A stretch of 64,000 nt of DNA, taken from positions 107 to 64,106 of the forward strand of contig CAZJZH010000001.1 of the NCBI GenBank assembly GCA_964550465.1, given 5' to 3'. Origin of the DNA: an uncultured Gammaproteobacteria bacterium. GTDB taxonomy: Bacteria; Patescibacteriota; Patescibacteriia; JACRDY01. Position numbers and translations under genes: made by a program. The notes below the pieces were generated by a model. The model searched no databases. It was given only the letters and a program-made list of their open reading frames with translations, and was not told where the DNA came from. This document shows positions 28,730 to 39,485 of the stretch, piece by piece. Within the stretch, counting starts at the first letter, position 1. Each line of letters begins with the position of its first letter.

Positions 28730-30085
28730 CTATGTGGTCAATAATTGTTTAATTTCAGCTAATTTTTCATCAACCAGCTGCTGATCGGTTGATTCTACAT
28801 TCAGCCGCACCAGCGGTTCAGTAGCTGACACCCGTAGACTGAAGCGCCAGTTGTCATAGGCCACCGCTACACCATCGCTGTCGTCCAGCTGTCCATCGGC
28901 GTAGTGCTGCTTGACCGTCTCCAGTGCCGCGTCACGATCCGCCACAGTGAAGTTATGCTCACCAGAGATAAAGAAGCGACTGGTGTATGACTGTAGTAGG
29001 GTCTGCAAATCAGTCTGCCGTTTGGACAACAGCTCCAGGACCATCAGCAGCGGAATCATGCCATTGTCAGCGTACCAGTTGTCACGGAAATAAAAGTGGC
29101 CGCTGGACTCACCACAGAAAACAGCCTGCTCTTTGCGCATCCGGTCCTTGATGTAGGAATGCCCGACCTTGACCTGAAAGGCCGTGCCGCTGTGCTCCTC
29201 AGCTGCTGCCCGCGCGGCATAGACGTAGCGGGTGTCATAGAGGAAGGTAGCGCCGGGCTGCTTGCCTAAGAATTGCTCAATGAAAATGGCTGACAAGTAA
29301 GACGGGTTGTAAAAATTCCCTTGATTATCACAGAAAAATACCCGATCACCATCACCATCCCAAGCTACACCAAAGTCAGCCCCACTGGTCTGCGTCAACT
29401 CCAGTAACTCACCACGATTCTCCGGCCGCAGTGGATCCGGCCGTCCTTTGGGGAAAGTACCATCAGGATCGTAGTTCAGTTTTGATACCTGCAGCGGCAG
29501 ATTGCTGTGAGCGATCAGTTTGTCCAGGATAACCCCATTCATGCCAAAGTTAGCGTTGGCTGCTAGATGGAACTGGGTGATGGCTGACAGATCAACAAAA
29601 GAAGTGACAAAATTCAGATACTCATCCCAGATGTCTTGCTCGGTCACACTGCCCTGTTTACCTGGTGAGGTCAGTGGTCCATCGATAATCATATCCCGCA
29701 GATCAAACAAGCCGTTTTCTGCGAAGACTGGCTGGGCTTCCTGCTTGGTAATTTTGATGCCGGCGTACTCGGCCGGGTTATGCGAGGCTGATGCCACAAT
29801 GCCCCCGTCGTAACCATAGTGACCAACTGCAAAATAGAGCATGTCTGAGGCGATCATACCAATATCAAACACTTCCACTCCAGACTCCACCAACCCGCGG
29901 ATAATTTCCGCCTTAATCTGCCCACTGGCTGGCCGAACATCTTGCCCCACTACCACCCGCTTGGGTTGAAATTTCTGCGCATAAGCCAAGGCTACCTGGT
30001 AGCCCACTGCTGGTGTTAGATCATCATTAAAAATGCCGCGAATATCGTAAGAACGAAAAATATCTGGACTAATCGAGGTGGTCAT
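28730..30085 (-). CDS. Phosphomannomutase/phosphoglucomutase
   Basis: FRSYDIRG, ASHNP, DGDGDR, GESSGH, R.S.TEP. Confidence 0.95.
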   Translation of the reverse strand: MTTSISPDIFRSYDIRGIFNDDLTPAVGYQVALAYAQKFQPKRVVVGQDVRPASGQIKAEIIRGLVESGVEVFDIGMIASDMLYFAVGHYGYDGGIVASASHNPAEYAGIKITKQEAQPVFAENGLFDLRDMIIDGPLTSPGKQGSVTEQDIWDEYLNFVTSFVDLSAITQFHLAANANFGMNGVILDKLIAHSNLPLQVSKLNYDPDGTFPKGRPDPLRPENRGELLELTQTSGADFGVAWDGDGDRVFFCDNQGNFYNPSYLSAIFIEQFLGKQPGATFLYDTRYVYAARAAAEEHSGTAFQVKVGHSYIKDRMRKEQAVFCGESSGHFYFRDNWYADNGMIPLLMVLELLSKRQTDLQTLLQSYTSRFFISGEHNFTVADRDAALETVKQHYADGQLDDSDGVAVAYDNWRFSLRVSATEPLVRLNVESTDQQLVDEKLAEIKQLLTT

Positions 30086-30179
30086 AGGAAAAATTGACTA
30101 ACAGCGCCATTTTTCTTATAATTTAAGTGGATTTTAGTATATCAGTTTCACTTAAGAAACGCTAATTATTTTGTGCACT

Positions 30180-30767
30180 ATGGGAAGTTTTATTGCCGGC
30201 TTGGGGGGCATTGTCGGTCTGGTCATCATCGGTATCGTCGTCCTGTTCATTCTGTGGCTGATTGGTGTCTACAACCGCTTTGTCAAACTCAAGCACCGAG
30301 CTGAAGAAGCTTGGTCAGATATTGACGTGCAATTGCAGCGCCGTCACGACCTGATTCCTAACTTAGTTGAGACAGTCAAGGGCTACGCCGCCCATGAGCA
30401 AGAGACTTTGCAAAAGGTGATCGAGGCTCGCAACATGGCCATGGCCGCGCAGAGTAAGGGTGCAGCTGCCTCAGCTGAGGCAGAAAACATGCTGACCGAT
30501 ACACTGAAGTCAATCTTTGCCTTGAGTGAAAGTTACCCTGACCTGAAGGCCAATGAAAATTTTGCCAAGCTGCAAGACGAGCTCAGTGATACGGAGAACA
30601 AAGTCATGGCCGCTCGCCGCTTCTACAACGACACGGTCAAAGCCTTCAACATCTCCTTCGAAACCTTCCCAGCTAACCTCTTTGCTAAGCAACTAGGCTT
30701 TGCTCAGAAGGAATACTTTGAAGTGGGTGGTGAGGCGGTTCGTCAGAACCCTAACGTCAGCTTCTAA
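30180..30767 (+). CDS. lemA: LemA family protein
   Basis: N-terminal TM, WSDIDVQLQRRHDLIPNLVETVKGYA, YPDLKANENF, ARRFYN. Confidence 0.96.
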   Translation: MGSFIAGLGGIVGLVIIGIVVLFILWLIGVYNRFVKLKHRAEEAWSDIDVQLQRRHDLIPNLVETVKGYAAHEQETLQKVIEARNMAMAAQSKGAAASAEAENMLTDTLKSIFALSESYPDLKANENFAKLQDELSDTENKVMAARRFYNDTVKAFNISFETFPANLFAKQLGFAQKEYFEVGGEAVRQNPNVSF

Positions 30768-30773
30768 CCAGCC

Positions 30774-31649
30774 ATGCTGTACGATCAGATTGATAGTAAT
30801 AAGCGGCGGAGTACCTGGCTAGTTATCCTCTTCGTCGTCTTCGTCTTAGCGGTGGGCTGGTTACTGAGCTACACCACGGACTTTGGTTATGGCTGGCTAG
30901 TGGTAGCCTTTTTCATCTCCATCGCCATGTCTATCAGCGGCTACTTTTATGGTGATCGCATGGCGTTGGCTTCATCTGGCGCCCAGCAAATCGCCAAAGA
31001 AGACAATCCGTATGTCTACCGAATGGTGGAGAACCTCTGTATCGCTACCGGCTTGCCAATACCGAAAGTTCACATCATCCCTGATAACAGTATCAACGCC
31101 TTTGCCACTGGTCGCGACCCAGAGCATGCCTCTGTGGCCGTCACCCAGGGGGCGATTGATAAACTGGAAAACGAAGAGCTGGAAGGCGTCATTGCTCATG
31201 AGTTGGCCCATATCCAGAACTATGACATCCGGCTGATGACCCTGGTGATTGTCTTGGTCGGCACGCTGGCACTGCTGAGTGATATCTTTATCCGTAGTCG
31301 GCTATTTGGTGGTAGTAACGATAATCGTAACCAAGGCGGCCTGCTGGCCATTGTCGGCGTGGCGCTGATCATCCTCTCCCCCATCATCGCCAAACTGATT
31401 CAACTAGCTGTTTCACGTAAGCGAGAGTTTCTGGCAGATGCCTCCGGCGCCCTGATGACCCGCTACCCAGAAGGCTTGGCCCGAGCGCTGGAAAAAATCG
31501 GCCAGCAGTCCCAACCCCTACGCCGCGCCAGTCAGGCCACCGCCCATCTGTACATCAGCAATCCTTTTGGTAAAACATCCTTAGCGAAATTATTTTCTAC
31601 TCACCCGCCCATCGAAGAGCGCGTCGCTGCCCTTCGCTCCGGCGCCTAA
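30774..31649 (+). CDS. htpX: Zinc metalloprotease HtpX (M48)
   Basis: NAFATGR, HELAH, SRKREFLADA, FSTHPP. Confidence 0.95.
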   Translation: MLYDQIDSNKRRSTWLVILFVVFVLAVGWLLSYTTDFGYGWLVVAFFISIAMSISGYFYGDRMALASSGAQQIAKEDNPYVYRMVENLCIATGLPIPKVHIIPDNSINAFATGRDPEHASVAVTQGAIDKLENEELEGVIAHELAHIQNYDIRLMTLVIVLVGTLALLSDIFIRSRLFGGSNDNRNQGGLLAIVGVALIILSPIIAKLIQLAVSRKREFLADASGALMTRYPEGLARALEKIGQQSQPLRRASQATAHLYISNPFGKTSLAKLFSTHPPIEERVAALRSGA

Positions 31650-31662
31650 CCTTAGCAACCTT

Positions 31663-32505
31663 ATGCCTGAAAAAACCTTGATCGACTTTGACGAACTGCT
31701 CAGTCACAGCTGGCGCGACTTCACCCAGCACTTGGGTAAGCTGCTCGGCATGTCTGTGCTGATCACCTTGCCGTCGTTTATCTTGATCGGCCTGGTTGGT
31801 TTTAGTATCGTTGCCTTGCGCGGCAGTGTTACTACTCAGATCATCATGTCCGTGATTATCATTCTATTGCTTCTGACGGTTATTATCGTCAGTATTTGGG
31901 GTGGGGCGGCATTTATTCGTCTGACCCAGGACCTAACCAAATCAATTAGCCAGGTATTTCGCTCCACACGCAATTTAATTTTGCCCTACTTCTTAGTTGG
32001 TTTGTTAGTTAGCGTAATCTTACTGGCCATTGCGCTGGTGCCTATGGCTATCGGCGCTATTGGTTACACTATAGCTATCAATATCATCGCTAACTCGTCA
32101 GTAGAGGTAGCAGCCTCACTGATTGGCGGTATTATCGTTGTAGTTGGTACTATCCTATTTATCCGCCAACTGATCAACTACAGCTTCAGTCAATTTGTTT
32201 TGGTCTATGAAAATAGTCGTGGCATGACGGCCTTGCAGCGTAGCCAGCAACTGGTCCGCGGTCACTGGTGGGGCATCTTTGGTCGGCTACTAGTGTTGTG
32301 GTTGGTTATCGCTATCACCCAAGGGGTATTGAGCAGTATCCTTGGACTAGCTACTAGTAATGATGTAATTTTCTTTTTCTTCAATTTAATTTTTAGCCTC
32401 CTGGTAGCACCATTTAGCGTGCTCTACATCGCTCACCTCTACCGTGATGTAGCCGGACAGACTGCTGCCCCAACACCACCAACCAATGAACCAACCAGCA
32501 ACTAA
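31663..32505 (+). CDS. Polytopic membrane protein, hypothetical
   Basis: About 5-6 hydrophobic helices; ALQRS.QLVRGHWW.IFGR motif. Confidence 0.8.
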   Translation: MPEKTLIDFDELLSHSWRDFTQHLGKLLGMSVLITLPSFILIGLVGFSIVALRGSVTTQIIMSVIIILLLLTVIIVSIWGGAAFIRLTQDLTKSISQVFRSTRNLILPYFLVGLLVSVILLAIALVPMAIGAIGYTIAINIIANSSVEVAASLIGGIIVVVGTILFIRQLINYSFSQFVLVYENSRGMTALQRSQQLVRGHWWGIFGRLLVLWLVIAITQGVLSSILGLATSNDVIFFFFNLIFSLLVAPFSVLYIAHLYRDVAGQTAAPTPPTNEPTSN

Positions 32506-34987
32506 CCAATTCTTCAGTCAGAACCTGAAACGAGCCTTACGCTCGGCTCATGGCTGTGCCCGTGAACTCGGGCAATCTGTGGTGACACCAGAGCACCTGC
32601 TGTTTGGTTTAATCGTCACTCGCGGCAGTGTTAGTAGTGAGCTGTTGCATAAACAAGGGGTGCGTCCCTTGCAAACCCAGCGACTGATTGCTGAGCTGTT
32701 TTCCGCTACCACTGGCGATACGCCACCAGAGCTGACTGGTCCGGCGCAGCGCGTTCTTCAGCAGATGGCTATCATTGCCCAGCGCCACCAGCACCGCTAC
32801 ATCGGCACCGAACACCTGCTGGCGGCCCTACTGGAAAACCCGCCCAAACTAGTGCTAGCCATCTTGGCCCAGAGCAGTGTTAATCTGGAAACACTGACTG
32901 ACCAACTAACAGTCATCTTACGCAGCACCAGTAAACTCAACGATATTGGTGGCATTCTGCAGCAGCAGTCTGAGTCATCGCCACCAGGTGATGAAGGCAT
33001 GCCCTTTGGGCAACCGCCACAGCCCGCCAACAGCGGCAACGTCTTGGAATTATTCACGGTTGACCTGACTGACCCAGATGTCCAATCAGACATCGACCCG
33101 GTGATTGGCCGCCAGACAGAAATTGAGCGGCTGACCCAGATTCTCTGTCGTCGCACCAAAAACAACCCCGTCCTACTGGGTGAGCCGGGCGTTGGCAAAA
33201 CAGCTATCGTTGAAGGTTTAGCTAAAAATATCGTCAATGCTCGCGTGCCGGAAGTCCTGCTCGATAAGCAGATTTTAATGCTTGATTTGGGGCTGCTGTT
33301 GGCCGGTACCATGTACCGTGGGGAATTTGAACAACGGCTGAAAAATGTTATTACAGAAATTCAAAAAGATGACTCTGTCATTCTCTTTATTGATGAACTC
33401 CATACGCTGACCGGCGCTGGCGCTGCGCCTGGTTCTATGGATGCGGCTAATATTCTCAAACCTTCACTGGCCCGCGGACAGATCCGCTGTATCGGCGCCA
33501 CCACCCTGGATGAGTACCGTAAACATATTGAAGCTGACCCCGCTCTAGAACGCCGCTTTCAACCGGTAATGGTAGCTGAACCAACAGTGGAAAAAACGGT
33601 CGCCATCCTCACCGGTGTGAAACCTCACTATGAGTCATACCACCACGTCACTATTACTGATGAGGCTATCAAAGCGGCGGCTCAGTTGTCACACCGCTAT
33701 GTAACAGAACGATTCTTGCCAGACAAGGCTATTGACCTAATTGATGAGGCGGCCGCTAAAGTCCGCGTGGCCCACAAACCTAGTCACGTTATGCAAAAAG
33801 CCCGCTCGATTGAACAGGGTATTGCGGTGCTAGAAAAGAATAAGCGGCAAGCTATTGCTGATGAAAAATTTGACCAAGCCTTGTCTTATAAGCATCAACA
33901 AGCAAAAGCCCAGCAAGAACTGCACCACCTGCGCAGCGCAATTGAAAAAGAACAGCAGCAGCGGATTGGTCGCATCACAGCTGAAAATATCGCTCAACTG
34001 GTGTCAGACATGACCGGTATCCCCCTAGCAGAAGTAGCTGAAGACCAGCAGCAGAAGATTTTAGACCTGGAAAAATCGCTTAAAAAAGCCATTGTTGGCC
34101 AAGACGAAGCGATTGAACAACTAGTCCGCGCCATTAAGCGCTCTCGGGCCGGCGTGGCTACCGAACAGCGCCCTATTGGCTCATTTATCTTCCTGGGTCC
34201 CTCTGGGGTCGGTAAGACCGCCTTGGCTAAAGTGCTGGCCAAAGAATTATTTGAAGACGAGTCAGCCCTGGTCAAAATTGACATGTCGGAATTCCGCGAA
34301 AGTTTCAATGTGTCGAAACTGATCGGCTCGCCACCCGGCTATGTTGGCTACCGCGAAAGTGGTCAGCTAACTGAGGCTGTCCGCCGTCGACCGTACAGCG
34401 TGGTGCTGTTTGATGAAATTGAAAAAGCTCACCCGGAAATCTTTAACATCCTGCTGCAGGTGATGGAAGACGGCATGCTGACTGATGCTACCGGTCGCCA
34501 GGTCAACTTCAAAAACACCATCATCATTATGACCTCCAATGTCGGTTTGCAGCAGTTTGTTCGCACCAAGTCGATTGGCTTTGATGCTGTGGCTACTAAT
34601 GATGACCTCTACGATGAAATGAAAGGCTACCTAGAAAAAAGCTTAGTTGATCAGTTCCGACCAGAATTCCTCAACCGACTGGACGCCACCCTATTCTTCC
34701 GCCCACTCAACGCGGCTGATTTGAAAAAGATTGTCCGCCTGCAGTTAGCTGAGCTGAATAGTCGACTCGGCAAGCAAGGCGTCACCATAAAAGCTGATGC
34801 CAAAGCCGTCAATTGGCTGGCCACTCACCAGCAGGCACCACAGCAAGGCGCTCGGCTGATCCGCCGGCATATTCAGACATTGATCGAAACACCGTTGTCA
34901 GAACTGATTTTGCAGCAGAAAACTACCAAACGTGGTATAATCTCAGTAACCGTTTCAGATAATAACCTCCAGCTGACTCCTCAGTAA
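32486..34987 (+). CDS. clpC: ATP-dependent Clp protease ATP-binding subunit (ClpC type)
   Basis: Clp-N repeats, [23 protein letters not shown]-like M domain, [27 protein letters not shown]. Confidence 0.93.
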   Translation: MNQPATNQFFSQNLKRALRSAHGCARELGQSVVTPEHLLFGLIVTRGSVSSELLHKQGVRPLQTQRLIAELFSATTGDTPPELTGPAQRVLQQMAIIAQRHQHRYIGTEHLLAALLENPPKLVLAILAQSSVNLETLTDQLTVILRSTSKLNDIGGILQQQSESSPPGDEGMPFGQPPQPANSGNVLELFTVDLTDPDVQSDIDPVIGRQTEIERLTQILCRRTKNNPVLLGEPGVGKTAIVEGLAKNIVNARVPEVLLDKQILMLDLGLLLAGTMYRGEFEQRLKNVITEIQKDDSVILFIDELHTLTGAGAAPGSMDAANILKPSLARGQIRCIGATTLDEYRKHIEADPALERRFQPVMVAEPTVEKTVAILTGVKPHYESYHHVTITDEAIKAAAQLSHRYVTERFLPDKAIDLIDEAAAKVRVAHKPSHVMQKARSIEQGIAVLEKNKRQAIADEKFDQALSYKHQQAKAQQELHHLRSAIEKEQQQRIGRITAENIAQLVSDMTGIPLAEVAEDQQQKILDLEKSLKKAIVGQDEAIEQLVRAIKRSRAGVATEQRPIGSFIFLGPSGVGKTALAKVLAKELFEDESALVKIDMSEFRESFNVSKLIGSPPGYVGYRESGQLTEAVRRRPYSVVLFDEIEKAHPEIFNILLQVMEDGMLTDATGRQVNFKNTIIIMTSNVGLQQFVRTKSIGFDAVATNDDLYDEMKGYLEKSLVDQFRPEFLNRLDATLFFRPLNAADLKKIVRLQLAELNSRLGKQGVTIKADAKAVNWLATHQQAPQQGARLIRRHIQTLIETPLSELILQQKTTKRGIISVTVSDNNLQLTPQ

Positions 34988-35019
34988 CTTGATCCGCCGG
35001 AGGGTAACGACACACGTCT

Positions 35020-35721
35020 ATGGCGGAAGCAAACGTCCTGACCAACCAAACCTTGTCCAAGGGTGCTTTTCGACGTCAACAACGACAAGAGACTGCGACG
35101 GCCAATAGCCAATCTACTGCTCGTCAAGCGACAACCCAAGATCCTCAGGCTATGTCTGCTCGGCAGTACTTGCGCCAAGGACGTCGCATTCGCGCTAAAG
35201 AGCTGCGTGACAATCAAGCGAAGTCTCGACTTCGCAAAAACGCCAACGCTCTTGCCGACGTAGCAGGTGAAGTAGCAACTGCTCATTTACTAAAATTATC
35301 ATGGATTAACCTGATTGATAGCTTTGGTTTAACCCTGCTCTACATCAACTTTCACTTTGCGGCGCGGTACTTCGCTGGTAGTCGTCGTTTTTGTCAGTTT
35401 GGTATTGAGTGGTTTACTTTTGGGAAAGTAGGGGTAGCAAAGAAGGCAAAGGGGCGTGCCCGTCAGCAAGCCACCCGCAACAGTCAAGGCAAGGTGGCAG
35501 CCAGTGGCAGTCGCATTGCTGGCGCGGCCAGTAGCGCTGTGATTAAAGCTAAGAACCTAGCCAAAGTCATGGCCTCTAAGCCCATTGAACTAGCTGAAAT
35601 TATCGTCCTAGTTGTATTGGATATAATTATCGCTACGCTGTTGCTGATATCATTTTTGACGCTGATGCTACCAATTCTAGCCCCTATTGTTGGCTGGACA
35701 TTTTTGGCTAGTTATTTTTGA
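35020..35721 (+). CDS. Hypothetical membrane protein with basic N-terminus
   Basis: R/Q/A-rich N-terminus, central and C-terminal hydrophobic segments. Confidence 0.7.
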   Translation: MAEANVLTNQTLSKGAFRRQQRQETATANSQSTARQATTQDPQAMSARQYLRQGRRIRAKELRDNQAKSRLRKNANALADVAGEVATAHLLKLSWINLIDSFGLTLLYINFHFAARYFAGSRRFCQFGIEWFTFGKVGVAKKAKGRARQQATRNSQGKVAASGSRIAGAASSAVIKAKNLAKVMASKPIELAEIIVLVVLDIIIATLLLISFLTLMLPILAPIVGWTFLASYF

Positions 35722-35742
35722 TCCTATTCTAGACATACCCCT

Positions 35743-36993
35743 ATGAGTGACCGCACTAAACGTATCTTGTTTATCATCGCTTTCGTGCTAGCCGCTGGGC
35801 TGTTAGCCTATGCGCTGTACTTCATACTATTTGGCGCCACCTCAACGCCAACCACGCCAACCAATCAAATCAACCAAGGTGACGATTTTTCTGGTGGCTT
35901 ACCACCAGCCAACACTGGCAGCGGTACGGTCTTGCTAAACGTCAACGGTCGACTGGTACCTTCTGACGAAGTTGACACCACTCCCCCAGCCACTTCTACT
36001 GCTAGTCCTATCGCCCGTGGTGGCACCACGCAAGTGACGCAAGTATCAACCACACCAATAGAATCAATGTACCGATCATCTGACGGTAACAACCTGGTTG
36101 GCTACAACCCAAATGACGGCAAGTTCTACAAATATAACGCTGACGGCAGCGTCACTGCCCTATCTGATGATGAATTCTTTAATGTCGATGAAGTTACCTG
36201 GGCACCGGATAGCGCTAAAGCTATTATGAAGTTCCCTGACGGCGCCACTATTTACTACAATTTCTTAACCAAAGAACAGAAGACGCTACCCAACCACTGG
36301 GAAGAATTTGACTTTTCTGACGACTCGACAAAGATCGCCTTTAAAAACATGCGCTTGGACCGCGAGAACCGTTGGCTGTCCGTAGCTAATGCTGACGGCA
36401 GCCAGGTGCGTAACATCGCGCCGGTGGGCGATAATAGTAGTAACATCTCTGTCTTGTGGTCACCAACTGGACAGGTGGTCGGGAACTACCGTCAGAGCAT
36501 GGACTTTGACCGTCAACGCTTGATCTTTATCACCACTGACGGTACCGAATTACCCGCTGTCGTACTGCAAGGGCGTGGTCTGGAGCAACAGTACAGTCCG
36601 GATGGCGAATTCCTCTTCTACAGTGTCTACTCCAGCTTTACCGACCTACAACCCAACCTGTGGTTCACCACCGCTCGTGGTGACCAGTCTGGTCTGCTGC
36701 GCGTCAACTTAGAGCTTAATACCTGGGCGGATAAATGTGCCTTCGCTGATGGTCAAACCGTCTACTGCGCCGTGCCACAGTACCTGCCGAAAGGGGCTGG
36801 GCTGGTACCAGAAGTAGCCGATAGTATTCCGGATGATTTCTACAAAATTGACTTACAATCCGGTGCCAAGACCCTGATCGCCACCACTGAAGACAGCTAC
36901 ACAGCTGAGAACATAGTGGTCAGCCAAGATGGTCGTAACTTGTTCTTTACCGACACGGCTACTGGCACCGCTCAACAGATTCGTATCCGCTAA
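35743..36993 (+). CDS. Membrane-anchored beta-propeller protein (TolB/PD40-like)
   Basis: N-terminal TM, T/P linker, repeated WAPD/FSDD/WSPTG/YSPDG/SQDG blades. Confidence 0.8.
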   Translation: MSDRTKRILFIIAFVLAAGLLAYALYFILFGATSTPTTPTNQINQGDDFSGGLPPANTGSGTVLLNVNGRLVPSDEVDTTPPATSTASPIARGGTTQVTQVSTTPIESMYRSSDGNNLVGYNPNDGKFYKYNADGSVTALSDDEFFNVDEVTWAPDSAKAIMKFPDGATIYYNFLTKEQKTLPNHWEEFDFSDDSTKIAFKNMRLDRENRWLSVANADGSQVRNIAPVGDNSSNISVLWSPTGQVVGNYRQSMDFDRQRLIFITTDGTELPAVVLQGRGLEQQYSPDGEFLFYSVYSSFTDLQPNLWFTTARGDQSGLLRVNLELNTWADKCAFADGQTVYCAVPQYLPKGAGLVPEVADSIPDDFYKIDLQSGAKTLIATTEDSYTAENIVVSQDGRNLFFTDTATGTAQQIRIR

Positions 36994-37002
36994 CTATTTC
37001 CC

Positions 37003-38175
37003 ATGCGCCTTCACTTCTTCCATTGGTTAATTGTCAGCTGCCTGGTTATCGGCAGTGGCCTTGTGGTCAGCGGCGTCTTGGCGCAAGACGAACAGCCTGT
37101 CAATTTACTACTGGACGAGCCAGACCTGCAAATCAATCTACCGAGCGTCAACCTGACGCCCTCCTCAGACATTAAAGCTACTGGACCACAAGGCAATCAG
37201 TACTACGCCATTCCGTGGATTGCCGAATACATCAGCGGTGCCTATCAGTTTATCATTGGTGCGGCTATTGCCCTGGCGATTATTGTTATCATTGTAGCTG
37301 GCTTCACCTGGATGACGGCCGGTGGTAATGCTGATGCAGTCAATCGAGCTAAGACTACTATCGTCGGTGCTGTCACTGGCGTACTGTTGGCTTTGGGCAG
37401 CTTTTCTATTCTCTATATTGTTAACCCAAATTTAACCAACTTAACCCCGTTACGAGTGCCAATTATTGGTCGAGTTGGACTAGGGCAATTTTGTTCACCA
37501 GAAGTCTTGCCAAACGAAACTATATACCTCATTAACGACAGAGTGGGAGAGATTAGTGGCGAAAAATTTACTGCTGGACGTAAAACCACCTGCGGGTTGT
37601 ATTACAGTAAGGGTGAAGAAATAACTAGTGGCAGTATCTGTATTGGCTCCTCTTGTGGTGGCAGCACTGCCTGCGTGCCAAATATTAATGAAGACGGCTC
37701 CATCAACGCCTACGGTGGTGCGTTACCAATACCACCATATATGCAGGTAGACTATGCCTGTCAAAACCCTGGCACGGTATGTAATAAAATTAAAGATGAC
37801 GACGTTGAGCGCTCTTTTGGTCTGGGAGAAGGTCAGCGAGTATGCGATCTTATCAATAACAGCCCTGGTGCTCGTACTGGCACTAACGGCGGTACCTGCG
37901 TCTGGGTAGACAAAGACGCTGCTCGTATTTTTGCTGGTGATGACCGATGCTACTGGTGCTCGCAGGAGCTGTACCAAAAACTAGCAGCTGATTGGGATGG
38001 TGGCTTTACTCCCGATGTTGATGAAGATGACCCTCAAACTATTTGTGAATTATTAGCGGATGAGGAAGTTGATGATTGGAGTGATATCATTAAGTACACA
38101 TCAATGGACACTATCCGTGGCCTTGATAAGTGGGAAGTTTCTGCCTGCGCCAGTGCTAAGTGTAATGGCCTATGA
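37003..38175 (+). CDS. VirB2/T4SS-pilin module + Cys-rich acidic C-terminal domain
   Basis: Signal peptide; two-helix pilin motif IIVAGFTWMTAGGNADAVNRAK..I.GA..G..L...S..IL..VNP. Confidence 0.8.
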   Translation: MRLHFFHWLIVSCLVIGSGLVVSGVLAQDEQPVNLLLDEPDLQINLPSVNLTPSSDIKATGPQGNQYYAIPWIAEYISGAYQFIIGAAIALAIIVIIVAGFTWMTAGGNADAVNRAKTTIVGAVTGVLLALGSFSILYIVNPNLTNLTPLRVPIIGRVGLGQFCSPEVLPNETIYLINDRVGEISGEKFTAGRKTTCGLYYSKGEEITSGSICIGSSCGGSTACVPNINEDGSINAYGGALPIPPYMQVDYACQNPGTVCNKIKDDDVERSFGLGEGQRVCDLINNSPGARTGTNGGTCVWVDKDAARIFAGDDRCYWCSQELYQKLAADWDGGFTPDVDEDDPQTICELLADEEVDDWSDIIKYTSMDTIRGLDKWEVSACASAKCNGL

Positions 38176-39485
38176 TTAAAAAAAGCCTCATTATCGCTAT
38201 CCTCTCCTTCAGTCTCCTGTCTTCCGCAGTAGCGGTACCGGTATGGGCTCAAGACGATGAGCCGGAAACTGAAGAGACTGAAACAACGGCGGATAATGAG
38301 GAAGAAGCTGGACAATGCACCCGCAAAGAAAACGACTACTTCAGTGGCTCTTGCGCTGATGCGACGGGCAGTAGTAAATGTTGCGATGGCTGCACCTGTC
38401 ACAATATTGAAAATGAGACTGGTGACATTATTGCGCACGAATGCATTAGCTGTCCACCAGAAGGGCAACGTGTACAATTAAGTATCCCAGACACACAAAT
38501 AGGCTTCCCTGACGGTGACGTTAGTTTTTCTCGTGATGTGCCATTACGTGGTCCTGAGGGTAATCAATTCTATAGCATTCCCTGGATTGCTGAGTACATC
38601 AGCTCAGCTTATCAGTTCATTATCGGTGCTGCCGTACTATTAGCTATCATCGTCATTATTATAGCCGGCTTTACTTGGATGACAGCTGGTGGTAACGGTG
38701 ATGCTGTTAAGCGAGCCAAAGAGCAAATTCTGGGTGCAGTGACAGGGGTGTTACTGGCAGTAGGTAGCTATTCTATCCTCTATATTGTCAATCCTAACTT
38801 AGTCAACCTAACACCCGTGACCGTGCCATACACGCAATACACGGAGCTTGATTTTGAAGATGAGGCGCAAGAACTGGCTGGGCTGAGCAATAGAGGGCCT
38901 GCGAATGGTTCATACCCTTCAATTGGTGGTGAATGCTTCCCATTTGCTAATGGCCCTATCCGCGGAATTGCTAACAATTTTGGGCAGCGTCGAAAATTTA
39001 AAGATGGATCTCCTCGGTGCCACGCTGGTGTAGATATTCCTACTGCAGGAAATAGGCCCGAGGATGTTGTAGCCATTGCTGATGGGAGAGTTGTCGCTGG
39101 ACCATACTCATTTCTCCCTAACTGCAAAACAGGCCCAGGGGATAGCGTAGCGCTATTAGTGCAGCACGGAGCTAATGTTGTGAACTACGGTGAATTAAAT
39201 GTTGGCACGGTGACTGTCAAAGCTGGTGATACCGTAAAAGCAGGTGATACATTAGGCACTGCCTCTAACTGTGGCATGCTGCATTTTGAACTTTACACAA
39301 GCGGAACTGCGGCTAATACAAGTTGGCCCACCCCCGACAACCAGGCTGTTGGTGATGACCCAAATTACTGTGCTAAGCACTATCTCAGCACCAAACCAAA
39401 AAACCTCTTGGATCCCACCTCAACCCTAAAGGATTTATCCTCAAAAGTATGCGCGAACGCGGGCGAAGCAACAGAGACAGAGTAA
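38172..39485 (+). CDS. VirB2/T4SS-pilin module + M23 peptidase domain
   Basis: Same pilin module; HAGVD (HxxxD), VAIADG.V, VKAGDTVKAGD.LG, MLHFE. Confidence 0.85.
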   Translation: MIKKSLIIAILSFSLLSSAVAVPVWAQDDEPETEETETTADNEEEAGQCTRKENDYFSGSCADATGSSKCCDGCTCHNIENETGDIIAHECISCPPEGQRVQLSIPDTQIGFPDGDVSFSRDVPLRGPEGNQFYSIPWIAEYISSAYQFIIGAAVLLAIIVIIIAGFTWMTAGGNGDAVKRAKEQILGAVTGVLLAVGSYSILYIVNPNLVNLTPVTVPYTQYTELDFEDEAQELAGLSNRGPANGSYPSIGGECFPFANGPIRGIANNFGQRRKFKDGSPRCHAGVDIPTAGNRPEDVVAIADGRVVAGPYSFLPNCKTGPGDSVALLVQHGANVVNYGELNVGTVTVKAGDTVKAGDTLGTASNCGMLHFELYTSGTAANTSWPTPDNQAVGDDPNYCAKHYLSTKPKNLLDPTSTLKDLSSKVCANAGEATETE

